32,000 nt of DNA, from positions 360,001 to 392,000 of the forward strand of contig CP061211.1 of NCBI GenBank assembly GCA_026016245.1. Reading direction: 5' to 3'. Position 1 is the first letter of the stretch. Each line of letters begins with the position of its first letter. Below are positions 1 through 8,889 of this stretch, piece after piece. This DNA comes from Candidatus Pacearchaeota archaeon. GTDB lineage: Archaea > Nanobdellota > Nanobdellia > Pacearchaeales > UBA284. A program made the position numbers and the translations under genes. The notes below the pieces were generated by a model. It did not search any database, was not told the DNA's origin, and saw nothing but the letters and a program-made list of their open reading frames with translations.

Positions 1-370
1 TTATAAATTCCTTCATATAACTTTTAAATCCTTCTTTACCTTCATAAATTTCAACTCTTTGTTCTTCTTTTGGTTTTTTTTCTAAAGAAAGAAGTCTAGG
101 TAAAATCTCTTTAACCAAATTTTCTTTTTCTTGAAGATTTTTTAATAATGTTCTAGGATTTGCTGCTCTAAAATATTTTTTTCCAGATTTAATAACATAA
201 CTAACAAGACCTTTGTTGATAAGTCGTTTTAGGGTATCATACACATAGGGTCTATATAATGTGGTTTTATGGGCAATCTCTGTTGCTGTTGACTGACCTA
301 ATTCAATTAAGTTTAAATAAATTTTAATTTCATTATTACTTAAACCAACTTTTCTAAGTTGTTCTTCCAT
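1..370 (-). CDS. TrmB-like winged-helix transcriptional regulator, partial (C-terminus runs off the left edge)
   Basis: Manual translation from ATG at 370: MEEQLRKVGLSNNEIKIYLNLIELGQSTATEIAHKTTLYRPYVYDTLKRLINKGLVSYVIKSGKKYFRAANPRTLLKNL...VEIYEGKEGFKSYMKEFI, open to position 1. The HTH and the 'IYEGKEGFK' region resemble the TrmB family. Confidence 0.8.
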   Translation of the reverse strand, partial: MEEQLRKVGLSNNEIKIYLNLIELGQSTATEIAHKTTLYRPYVYDTLKRLINKGLVSYVIKSGKKYFRAANPRTLLKNLQEKENLVKEILPRLLSLEKKPKEEQRVEIYEGKEGFKSYMKEFI

Positions 371-425
371 ATAATAATTAATTTTTTTCTCTTTAAAAAA
401 GTTGTCATTTTTAAAACGACAAAGA

Positions 426-433
426 TTTATATA
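426..433 (+). promoter_or_regulatory. Putative TATA box (TTTATATA) of a leaderless radical SAM gene
   Basis: TTTATATA centred about 26 nt upstream of the ATG at 456, the archaeal box A to TSS spacing, implying transcription starts at or near the ATG. Confidence 0.55.
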
Positions 434-455
434 CTGAAAAGCTTGTTACTCAAAA

Positions 456-1859
456 ATGAGGATTTGTGTAATAGCACCAAGGACAGGCAAGGAATTATCC
501 AGGCAAGTTCCTATAATAAGAGAACCTTTAGGTGCTTGTTGTATATCAGCTTATTTAAAAAAATATGGTTATGAATCTAAAGTGATACACCAAGTAGAGA
601 TGGTTGATGATGACGTTTTATATAAAGTTAAAGAATTCAAAGCAGATATTGTCGGTATTTCAACATGGTCATATAATTTCAATGCTGGCAAAAGAATAGC
701 AAAATTAATTAAATCTAGATATAAAGATATTCCAATAATTTTCGGTGGTGATCATGTTACAGCCTGTCCTGAAGTTGTAAAAGGAGATTGCATAGATTAT
801 GTGGTGATTGGTGAAGGTGAAACCACAATGTTAGAATTAGTTAAAGCCTTAGAGGGTAAGAGAGATATAAATTCTGTAGATGGCATAGCTTATTATAAAA
901 ATAAAGAAATTAAATTAACAAAATCAAGAAAAAGAATTAGAAATTTAGATGAATTGCCTTTTCCTGATAGAGAAGACTTGCCAATGGAAAAATATAGGGC
1001 TACTAAGCATGATTGTAGTCTTGTTTATCCTCCTGGACAGCAAATAGGAACTCAACATACTTCAAGAGGTTGCAGATATAAGTGTACTTTCTGTTCTACA
1101 CCAGTAACTTGGCCAGGAATGTGGGTTGCTAGATCTGCTAAAAATGTAGTGGATGAAACAGAAGATTTGTTGGACAACCACAATGTCAAAAGTATTTTCT
1201 TTTGTGATGAGGATTTTATGTGTAATATTGAAAGGATATATCAAATATGTGATGAGATTAAAAAAAGAAACCTTAAATTTAACTGGCTTTGTTTTTCAAA
1301 AGTTACTGATGTAAACAAAGATATCTTAAAAGCTATGAAAGATGCTGGTTGTACAAGAGTATTTTATGGAATAGAAAGTTGTGATAATATAACATTAAAA
1401 AAATTACATAAAGGCACAAATTTAAAGAAGATAATAAAGACATTTGAAATAACCGAAGAAATTGGACTTGATGTTTGGGGCACTTATATGGCGGGATACC
1501 CATGGGAAGATGAAAAGACTCTTCTAAAGTCACTAGGAAAACTAAAGGAAATGCCCATAGATTACTTATATCTTACTTTTTTAACTCCTTTTCCAGGTAC
1601 AGAAATTTATAAATATTGCAAAGAGAATAATTTGTTGCTTAATGAAAATTTTGATGATTATGATTGTAGTAAACCTATAATAAAAACACAAATTCCACCT
1701 AACAGATTACAAAAAATTCTATCAGAGTTTGAATATGAATTTTATACTAGTAATAGTTATATGTTGAGAGCTCACGAAAAGATAGAAAAAAATCCGCGAC
1801 TTAAAGAAATATATAATAAATTTTTTAAAAATATGGTAAAAGAGTTAAATAAAATCTAA
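456..1859 (+). CDS. B12-binding domain / radical SAM protein
   Basis: 467 aa. N-terminal cobalamin-binding-like region (DIVGISTWSYNFNAGKRIAKLIK...IPIIFGGDHVTACPE), then the radical SAM motif CRYKCTFC and CTRVFYGIES. Confidence 0.85.
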   Translation: MRICVIAPRTGKELSRQVPIIREPLGACCISAYLKKYGYESKVIHQVEMVDDDVLYKVKEFKADIVGISTWSYNFNAGKRIAKLIKSRYKDIPIIFGGDHVTACPEVVKGDCIDYVVIGEGETTMLELVKALEGKRDINSVDGIAYYKNKEIKLTKSRKRIRNLDELPFPDREDLPMEKYRATKHDCSLVYPPGQQIGTQHTSRGCRYKCTFCSTPVTWPGMWVARSAKNVVDETEDLLDNHNVKSIFFCDEDFMCNIERIYQICDEIKKRNLKFNWLCFSKVTDVNKDILKAMKDAGCTRVFYGIESCDNITLKKLHKGTNLKKIIKTFEITEEIGLDVWGTYMAGYPWEDEKTLLKSLGKLKEMPIDYLYLTFLTPFPGTEIYKYCKENNLLLNENFDDYDCSKPIIKTQIPPNRLQKILSEFEYEFYTSNSYMLRAHEKIEKNPRLKEIYNKFFKNMVKELNKI

Positions 1860-2533
1860 GATTTTTCTAGAATTTGTGCTTTAATATCTTGTTCTTTGCA
1901 AAGTTTGACAAATTTTTCTGCATCACTCCTTGAGCCAACTATTGCGCCATAATGCATTGGAATAGCAAGAGTTGGTTTTATTATTGAAGCTGCTTTTGCA
2001 GCTTCTTCTGCATTCATTGTGTAAGTGCCCCCTATAGGCAGGAAGATTATGAATGTGTTTCCTTTTTTTGCATAACCTGTTAATTTTTCCATTTCCTTGA
2101 TTATATCAGTATCACCAGCATGATAAATAACTAGGTTATCTGTCTGTATGATGTAACCAACCCATCCTTCTGATTTGGGATGAAATTTCTTATTAGGGTT
2201 GTAAGCTTCTATAGCCCTTATCTTAATACTATCAGCTGCTATTTCCATGCCTGGCTCTATTAATTCAAGTCTAATTTTTTCTCCTAACCTAGCTATCTTA
2301 CTCTGGCTGTCTGCTGTGCATATAATTATTGTCCCATCCTTCACTATTTTTTGAATATCTTGCTGAGAACAGTGATCATAGTGGCTATGTGTGATAAGAA
2401 TGAAATCTGCTTTTTCTGATTTCTCTTTTGTAGTTGTTAATTGATAAGGATCTATATAAATGACTTTTTCTTCTGTATTAATCTTGACTGTTGAGTGCCC
2501 AAGCCATTCTATATTTGTGGAATTGATTTTCAT
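1856..2533 (-). CDS. Metal-dependent hydrolase, metallo-beta-lactamase fold (UPF0173/UlaG-like)
   Basis: 225 aa with WLGHSTVKI, HSHYDHC, YHAGDTD and AIPMHYG motifs. Confidence 0.85.
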   Translation of the reverse strand: MKINSTNIEWLGHSTVKINTEEKVIYIDPYQLTTTKEKSEKADFILITHSHYDHCSQQDIQKIVKDGTIIICTADSQSKIARLGEKIRLELIEPGMEIAADSIKIRAIEAYNPNKKFHPKSEGWVGYIIQTDNLVIYHAGDTDIIKEMEKLTGYAKKGNTFIIFLPIGGTYTMNAEEAAKAASIIKPTLAIPMHYGAIVGSRSDAEKFVKLCKEQDIKAQILEKS

Positions 2534-2547
2534 TTTTTCTTTTGTTT

Positions 2548-3843
2548 TTATGGCTTGTATCTCGCCATAGTTCTTGGGAAAGGAATCGCATCTCTGATAT
2601 GTTCAAGTTTACAGAGCCATGAAATAACTCGTTCAACACCAAGGCCAAAACCAGAGTGTGGAATGCTTCCGTAACGTCTAGTATCAAGATAAAATTTATA
2701 ATTTTCAACTTTCTCCCCAGCTGCTTTGAGTGATTTGATAAGTTCTTTGATATTTGTATCTCTTTCACTCCCTCCAATTAGCTCGCCATAACCTTCTGGA
2801 GCAAGCAAGTCAAAGCAACGAGCTGTTTTTGGATTTTTCTTATCTCGAGGCTTATAAAAAGCCATGATCTCTTTTGGATAATGTGTAACAAAAACTGGTG
2901 TATCAAAAAGTTCTGTTAGTCTGTCTTCTTCTATTGTCCTTAAATCCTTACCCCAAGAAATTTTCATCTTCTTTTTTTCTTTGAGAAGCTTGAGAGCCTG
3001 ATCATAGGTTATTCTCGGCCATTTTTTCTTTATAGCTGTCTGTAAGGATTTTGTATCTCGTTTTAATACTTCTAGTTCATGTTTATTTTTTTCAAGAACT
3101 CTTTTTATTATATGCTTAACAAGACCCTCTGAAAAATCAATAAGATTATCAAGGTTAAACCATGCTGCTTCTACTTCAGCATGCCAGTATTCTGCTAAAT
3201 GTCTTGAGGTTTTTGATCTCTCAGCTCTGAAGCTTGGTGCTATGGTATAAAGTTTTTCAAGGCTAAACATTCCTGCTTCAGCATAAAACTGCCATGTTTG
3301 AGTTAGGTAAAGTGGCTTTCCAAAAAAATCTACTTTAAATTGTGAAGGGCCTGCTTCAGCTGCTCCACTTGTTAGAATAGGAGATTGAAACTCATAAAAT
3401 CCTTTGCTTCTACAGTATTCATGTATTGCTCTGAAAACAGTGCTTCTTACTTTTAGTGAGGATTGCATCTTTGGATCCCTAAGCCATAGATGACGCCAAT
3501 CAAGAAGAAGCTCTGGACTGAGATACTGCTTTCTAACTGGAATAGGATATTTTTCTGCAATGTGGATTATATTTAATCTGGATATTAAAAGTTCATAACC
3601 AGTTGGAGCTCTTTTATCCTGTCTTAAAATTCCAGAGATTTCTATGCTACTTTCTATGGTTAGTTTGTTGGCATCTTTCCATGTTTTTGATTTTTCTTCA
3701 ATTATGCACTGGATAATATTGCTAGAATCCCTGAGGACAATGAAAATCTTGTCTTTTAATTTTCTAAGCTGATAAACCCAACCTCTAAGATCTACTGTTC
3801 CTCTTTTTTTATCAAGTGCTTGCTGCACCGAAATAAACCTCAT
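2548..3843 (-). CDS. asnS: Asparaginyl-tRNA synthetase (class II AsxRS family)
   Basis: 431 aa. OB-fold N-terminus (VDLRGWVYQLRKLKDKIFIVLRD), class II motifs including FRAERSKTSRHLAEYWHAEVEAAW and GFGLGVERVISWL. The Asn versus Asp call rests on resemblance only. Confidence 0.8.
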   Translation of the reverse strand: MRFISVQQALDKKRGTVDLRGWVYQLRKLKDKIFIVLRDSSNIIQCIIEEKSKTWKDANKLTIESSIEISGILRQDKRAPTGYELLISRLNIIHIAEKYPIPVRKQYLSPELLLDWRHLWLRDPKMQSSLKVRSTVFRAIHEYCRSKGFYEFQSPILTSGAAEAGPSQFKVDFFGKPLYLTQTWQFYAEAGMFSLEKLYTIAPSFRAERSKTSRHLAEYWHAEVEAAWFNLDNLIDFSEGLVKHIIKRVLEKNKHELEVLKRDTKSLQTAIKKKWPRITYDQALKLLKEKKKMKISWGKDLRTIEEDRLTELFDTPVFVTHYPKEIMAFYKPRDKKNPKTARCFDLLAPEGYGELIGGSERDTNIKELIKSLKAAGEKVENYKFYLDTRRYGSIPHSGFGLGVERVISWLCKLEHIRDAIPFPRTMARYKP

Positions 3844-3890
3844 AAATGTAAAAGATAAAGAAGATATTTAAAGTTTTTGAGTTTATTTGT

Positions 3891-5336
3891 TTATTCTTCA
3901 GGTTCACCCATTACTAGAAGAGAATTTGAAGAAACTACCTTTCTCATGTCTTTTTTATTGATATAACTAACAACTGCTTTTGGAATTGTTATTGTGCCTA
4001 CTGGAACTACCTTGCTATAGATAATGTAAGAAACAACTCTTTCTTCTCCAGGCATCAAATCTCCAAATTTCCAGAAAAGAGTGTTTTTCTCAATTTTATC
4101 AGGTTTAGAAGCTCCGAATCTCTCATAAATCTTAAGCATGTGAGGAAGCCTATCAGTACATTTAACATTGGTGATTTGTTGGCCAATATTCTTGACCAAC
4201 AATACTAGTTTAATAGCAAATTCCCCGCCTTTTGTTTGAATCTTGAAAGCTTTTTTCTTTACAATAAGTCTTGGTCTTTTAACAAGATAAATTCCTACTG
4301 CTACGATAATGATTAGAATAAGAATTATTATTGGAATTGTATAATCAGTATGAATCTCAACACTAAAAGATTCTCCTGGTTCAAGTTCTCTTTGCCATTT
4401 CATGCTTACGATTGCACCTGAAGGCTCCTCAGATGTTGGGGGAATACTTGAAGAAGTAAATCCATGCTCAAATTTGTTCTTGATTATTTCTATTGTAACA
4501 AACTTTGGACTATTACCCTCATTTTTCTTTGTTATAGTCTTAGTAAAACCAAAGAAAGTGAATTTGCTACTCTCATCTGTTTTTATGCTCGTGATTTCTT
4601 CTAGTGTAATTATTTTCTTCACAACATGCTCATATTCATCATTAATTAAAAATTTCAATTCAGCTTCATAATCACCTGCTTTTGATGTCTTTAGTTTTCC
4701 TGTATCAAGCTCTAGTTCTATTTTTTGCGAAGATTTTGGTTCAAGGGAAAAAGTTTGTTCTGTTGTAGAAAATTCTGATTCAAAAGTAAATTGGATTTCC
4801 CCAAGATTAATATTTTCTTTATTTTTAACATCAAAAACCAAGACAGAATCATCTCTAGCTATGCTGGTAGGAACATCTGCACTTATAATTTTTTCAAGAG
4901 ATAATATTTTTATGGTAAAACTATCTTCAATCACTCCTGTCCTATCTGCCTTGAGATAATATTGTACTTTACATGTTCCTTCTCCACATCTCTCTTTTAA
5001 AATATCATAAGGGAGCAGGATTACAGTAAATGTAGTTTCTAGACCAGCTGGGACACTTTGGGTAGAAGCTGGTCCAAGTGAGGCTTCTAATAGAGTATAT
5101 ATCTTAAAAAAATCATCATAATTATTAGGATTTTTAATCGTGACATTATATTCTGCTGGAATATTTACTTCTTCCATTGTCACAACATCATAAATTGCTA
5201 CTTTCTCAATAATCAAAGTATTATTTTGAGCCTGAATAAAAGGCAGAGAGAATAGTAAAATTGTAAAAACCAAATAGAATAAAGTCATTTTTTTCATATC
5301 TTGTGTAAGTTTGATTTCTTTAAATATTTTTTGCAT
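3891..5336 (-). CDS. Secreted/membrane protein: signal peptide, Ig-like extracellular region, internal TM helix, C-terminal DUF11-like domain
   Basis: 481 aa. MKKMTLFYLVFTILLFSLPFIQAQ signal (start may be the internal ATG near 5297); mid-protein TM IPIIILILIIIVAVGIYLV followed by KRPRLIVKKK; then KLVLLVKNIGQQITNVKCTDRLPHM...GDLMPGEERVVSYII. Confidence 0.65.
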   Translation of the reverse strand: MQKIFKEIKLTQDMKKMTLFYLVFTILLFSLPFIQAQNNTLIIEKVAIYDVVTMEEVNIPAEYNVTIKNPNNYDDFFKIYTLLEASLGPASTQSVPAGLETTFTVILLPYDILKERCGEGTCKVQYYLKADRTGVIEDSFTIKILSLEKIISADVPTSIARDDSVLVFDVKNKENINLGEIQFTFESEFSTTEQTFSLEPKSSQKIELELDTGKLKTSKAGDYEAELKFLINDEYEHVVKKIITLEEITSIKTDESSKFTFFGFTKTITKKNEGNSPKFVTIEIIKNKFEHGFTSSSIPPTSEEPSGAIVSMKWQRELEPGESFSVEIHTDYTIPIIILILIIIVAVGIYLVKRPRLIVKKKAFKIQTKGGEFAIKLVLLVKNIGQQITNVKCTDRLPHMLKIYERFGASKPDKIEKNTLFWKFGDLMPGEERVVSYIIYSKVVPVGTITIPKAVVSYINKKDMRKVVSSNSLLVMGEPEE

Positions 5337-5338
5337 TT

Positions 5339-7390
5339 TTATACAACATGACTGATATGATTCTGTTTTTTGAAATTTATAACATGCTCTACAAAAGATT
5401 CTACTTTTGATTCATGACTGACAAGAATAAGCTGTTCAGTTTTTAGCTCATGCAATACATTTCTCATCTTATCCAGCTGTTCTGTTGAAAAACCATCAGT
5501 TGGCTCATCCAATATCAATAAATTACGTGTTTTTATTTTACTAAGCATGGAATTAATCACCTGGTTCAAGGAAAGCCTATATGCTAATGCAAGAGCTGTT
5601 TTTTCGCCGCCACTCAGGTAATTATAATTAATCTCATAACCTCCTTGCTCTATGATTGGCGTAAATTCAGGGTCAATCCTTGCATCTAAGTTTGGGTCAT
5701 CTACAAGCATCATAAACCATTTCCTGAACAAAGCATTAAATTCAGCATTAAGTTTCAACATCACTTGTTTTTCCATCATCTCAACAACGACAGAAAAATT
5801 CTCTGTCAAAAAGTTTTCAAATTTTTGTAATTCTATTAATTTTTGAGCTACTTTTTCCTTATCCCAAATTTCTTTTTTTATCTCACTAATTTCCTGTTTA
5901 ATATCTGCCAAGCCTTGTTCAAAACCAGCTTTTTCCATCAACAGAATTTTTTCTTTTCTCTGCATATCCTCTAAGATTTCCAGGGTTTTTTCATGCTCTT
6001 TCTCCATATTTTTATATTTTTTAATCATCTCTGTCTCAAACTCCTTTATTTTTTCTAATCCAGATATTTTTTTTCTTATATCAGTTTTAGAATTAGAAAT
6101 CTTTAGTTTTCTTACGCCTCTCTCCTGAAGTTCTTTTAGTTTAAGTTCTAGAGTAAGGGCTTTTTTTTCTTCTTCAGCTATTTTTTTTAGTTCTGACTCT
6201 ATTTTTTCTATATCTTTTTTTAATTCTTCAAGAGAGGGCTTTTTTCTTTGAAGCTCTTTTTCTATCTTTTCTAGTTCCTGATTTATATCTGTCACAATAT
6301 GATCGCGATGGCTTGATTCTACTTTCTGCTTACACACTGGACAGAATTTAAGTTTTGAGATTCTTCCTAGATCTTCTAGAAATTTTTCTTTTTTGACTGT
6401 AAGCATTGTGATTTGCCTGTCAATAATTTTTTCGTTGTCTCTTCCATTCTTCAATAAAATCTCATTCTCAAATTTTATCTTTGCTAGATTCTTTTTAACA
6501 GGGCTTTTTATTTCTGATTTGAACTGTTTTATTGTCTTATCTAACTCTTGCTCCTCTTTTTCAAGTTCCTGGAGCTTAGTATTTTTTTCTTTAAGTTCTG
6601 TTTCTATTCCTGTTATTTTTATTTTTGTCTTGTTTAGAATATCAATATTTTTCTGCTCTTCTTTTAGTTTATCTTTCAAATCTCTGATTTTTTGCTGCAA
6701 TTTTGACAAGGAGGGTTTTGTTATTTCAACTTTTCTAACCAAGTCTTTTCCTGACTCTATTTTCTTTTTTAATTGCTCTTTTTTGAAAGGAAGATCAATA
6801 AGTCGGCCTTCTTTTTCTTTTTTCTTTTCCTTGATTTCAGAAACAAATATCTCACTATTGTTTAGAATTCTTTTATATTTGTCAATATCAAAAACTTTTC
6901 TTAGTGTATCAAGTCTAGATTCATTTTCCTCAAGCATGATTCTTTTCATCTCTTCTTGAGGTGTATAAACAGTATATCTGTAAATAAGATTCTTTTTCTT
7001 TAAAAGAGAAGAGGGATAGTTTAATATCCCTAAAATAAAACTTTTCAATTCTGTAGCTGTAAGCTCTTTCTTTTTCCCATCAACCATAAGGATAGCATTT
7101 GATTGGGCCACTGAATTTTTTGACCTCTTTAAATTCCTTCTTATCATTATCTCATGTTTCCCTATACTAATCTCTAGCTCAACATAACCTTCCTTTTTTC
7201 CATTCCTCAAAATTGATGAGCCATCCATGATTCCTCTTTGAAGTCCAAAAAGAGCGAATTCTATAGCAAAAAGAACAGTACTTTTTCCAGAACCTATATC
7301 TCCACTTAATAAAACCTTTCCTTTAGGAAGAGTGATTGTTTCATCAAGATAGCTTCTTATGTTATGTAGCTCTATTTTTTTGATTATCAT
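5339..7390 (-). CDS. rad50: DNA double-strand break repair ATPase Rad50
   Basis: 683 aa. Walker A GDIGSGKSTVLFAIEFALFG, zinc hook CPVC within coiled coil, ABC signature YLSGGEKTALALAYRLS, Walker B LLILDEPTDGF. Confidence 0.93.
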   Translation of the reverse strand: MIIKKIELHNIRSYLDETITLPKGKVLLSGDIGSGKSTVLFAIEFALFGLQRGIMDGSSILRNGKKEGYVELEISIGKHEIMIRRNLKRSKNSVAQSNAILMVDGKKKELTATELKSFILGILNYPSSLLKKKNLIYRYTVYTPQEEMKRIMLEENESRLDTLRKVFDIDKYKRILNNSEIFVSEIKEKKKEKEGRLIDLPFKKEQLKKKIESGKDLVRKVEITKPSLSKLQQKIRDLKDKLKEEQKNIDILNKTKIKITGIETELKEKNTKLQELEKEEQELDKTIKQFKSEIKSPVKKNLAKIKFENEILLKNGRDNEKIIDRQITMLTVKKEKFLEDLGRISKLKFCPVCKQKVESSHRDHIVTDINQELEKIEKELQRKKPSLEELKKDIEKIESELKKIAEEEKKALTLELKLKELQERGVRKLKISNSKTDIRKKISGLEKIKEFETEMIKKYKNMEKEHEKTLEILEDMQRKEKILLMEKAGFEQGLADIKQEISEIKKEIWDKEKVAQKLIELQKFENFLTENFSVVVEMMEKQVMLKLNAEFNALFRKWFMMLVDDPNLDARIDPEFTPIIEQGGYEINYNYLSGGEKTALALAYRLSLNQVINSMLSKIKTRNLLILDEPTDGFSTEQLDKMRNVLHELKTEQLILVSHESKVESFVEHVINFKKQNHISHVV

Positions 7391-7391
7391 T

Positions 7392-8621
7392 TTATTTCCA
7401 CAACTCCTCTAGTTTTAGGGCTTTGACAGCTTCCTTTGTAAGCCTTGACGTGAAGATGGATGTAGTTTCTCCTTCTAACTTTTCAATATTAAATATCCTG
7501 AAAAAAGAGGGAAATTTATCTTTGTCTTTTTCTGTGATTATATTTTCTTTTATTGCTGTAATTAGTGAAGCCTTCTCTATTTCCTCTATATTTTTTGTTT
7601 CAATTGCCTGTATTTTTATTTCAAATTCCTTGCTGCTTAGTTTTGAAGTGTTCCTAAGTAAAATATAAGCCCCAATCTCTCCTGCTTTTTCTTCCAAGCT
7701 CATGAAATCAAGTTCTGAAGGTTTTCCTTCCTCTAAGATGCCAGAAATTCTAAGAGTGATGATAGCATCTTTCAGATTATTTTTTTTAAATTCGCTGAGA
7801 ATTTTTTCTTTCAGTGATTGTGGATTTTCCTTGTTTGCATTAATATCTAGATTTATCACTTTTTTTAGGTTTATGGAAACTTTCTTTATACTTTCCTTTT
7901 CTCCATTCTTTTTTTCGATAATCAGAAAATTAGATGTGTGTTGTCGTTCAAGCTCATTAAAATTGCAAGGGAAAAGAGAGCCAGGATAGACAGCTATTTT
8001 TTCTTGATTATATATTTTAGGGGAGTGTATATGGCCTAAAGCATAATAATCAAAACCAAGGGGCAGGTCTTTGATAGACAAAGCATCTATTTTATCAGTC
8101 AGAGATTGGGAAAGAAGTTCGAAAACAGAAGTATGTAACAAAAGGATACTGTAGATATTTTTTTCTTTTTTTAATAAAGAAATTTTCTCATTTAGTTTTT
8201 TAAAATAATCTCTATGTTCATTGATTTCTTTCTGTTCAAACCCTCCTTTTTTGCCAGCTATTCCATAAAGTAGTACATTTCCTTGAATAATTTCTTCTCT
8301 TTGAGATAGATCTACACAAAGACCAGCTTTATCAAGAACAGAAATCATGTTCTTCCCACTAACACTGTAATCGTGAGAGCCAGGAACAACATAACAAATT
8401 ATTCCTTTTTCTTTTATTTTTCTAAGTTTTTCTGCCACTGTTTTTAATATTTCAATTGATGGGACAGCTGTATCGAAAAGATCACCCACAATAAGAAGGA
8501 AGTCAACACATTCAGAAATGCATTTATTAATAGCTTTTTCAAATGCCTCTATATTCAAAGCCCTCATGTTGGGCTGTCGCCATGAACCAAGATGGCAATC
8601 AGCGATGTGAGCAAATTTCAT
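7392..8621 (-). CDS. mre11: DNA double-strand break repair nuclease Mre11
   Basis: 409 aa. MKFAHIADCHLG, LLIVGDLFDTAVPS, VPGSHDYS, LLHTS, YYALGHIH. Start lies 1 nt beyond the rad50 start boundary (tight operon). Confidence 0.93.
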   Translation of the reverse strand: MKFAHIADCHLGSWRQPNMRALNIEAFEKAINKCISECVDFLLIVGDLFDTAVPSIEILKTVAEKLRKIKEKGIICYVVPGSHDYSVSGKNMISVLDKAGLCVDLSQREEIIQGNVLLYGIAGKKGGFEQKEINEHRDYFKKLNEKISLLKKEKNIYSILLLHTSVFELLSQSLTDKIDALSIKDLPLGFDYYALGHIHSPKIYNQEKIAVYPGSLFPCNFNELERQHTSNFLIIEKKNGEKESIKKVSINLKKVINLDINANKENPQSLKEKILSEFKKNNLKDAIITLRISGILEEGKPSELDFMSLEEKAGEIGAYILLRNTSKLSSKEFEIKIQAIETKNIEEIEKASLITAIKENIITEKDKDKFPSFFRIFNIEKLEGETTSIFTSRLTKEAVKALKLEELWK

Positions 8622-8683
8622 TTTCTTCTTTTTACCCTAGCCTTAAAAATATAATAAACAAAACTAAATAAATTTATGTAAGT

Positions 8684-8887
8684 TTATGGGCTTGGAGGTG
8701 GGAGAGGTTTAAATTTTGGTTTGGGAATGAATTCTTTCTTGACTCTTAATTCTTCTATGACTTTGGCTGCTTTTTCAACCTCTTCCCTCTTATAACCTGC
8801 ATTCAAGAGGCTTTTCTTAGCATCCTCAAGAGTTTCGCCTCTTTCTAGAGCATTCCTTAAAGCTGCTATTAAATCTTCTTCAGCCAT
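8684..8887 (-). CDS. Small helical protein with proline-rich tail, function unknown
   Basis: MAEEDLIAALRNALERGETLEDAKKSLLNAGYKREEVEKAAKVIEELRVKKEFIPKPKFKPLPPPSP. The track ORF starts at 8893 with TTG; the ATG at 8887 sits 2 nt after the RNase J stop and is the likelier start. Confidence 0.6.
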   Translation of the reverse strand: MAEEDLIAALRNALERGETLEDAKKSLLNAGYKREEVEKAAKVIEELRVKKEFIPKPKFKPLPPPSP

Positions 8888-8889
8888 TT

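Noticed and set aside
359-574. Plus-strand 71-aa ORF in the supplied track
   Set aside because: Overlaps the radical SAM gene out of frame and the TrmB-like start; low-complexity Phe/Lys/Leu composition with no recognisable domain.
2478-2777. 99-aa minus-strand ORF at the asnS 3' end
   Set aside because: Alternate frame overlapping both asnS and the start of the MBL hydrolase gene; both of those have clear family motifs.
5652-7989. Plus-strand ORFs (5652-5846, 6393-6959, 7423-7668, 7702-7989) antisense to rad50 and mre11
   Set aside because: Ser/Phe/Leu-rich translations typical of the reverse complement of Lys/Glu-rich coding sequence; strong coding assignment on the other strand.
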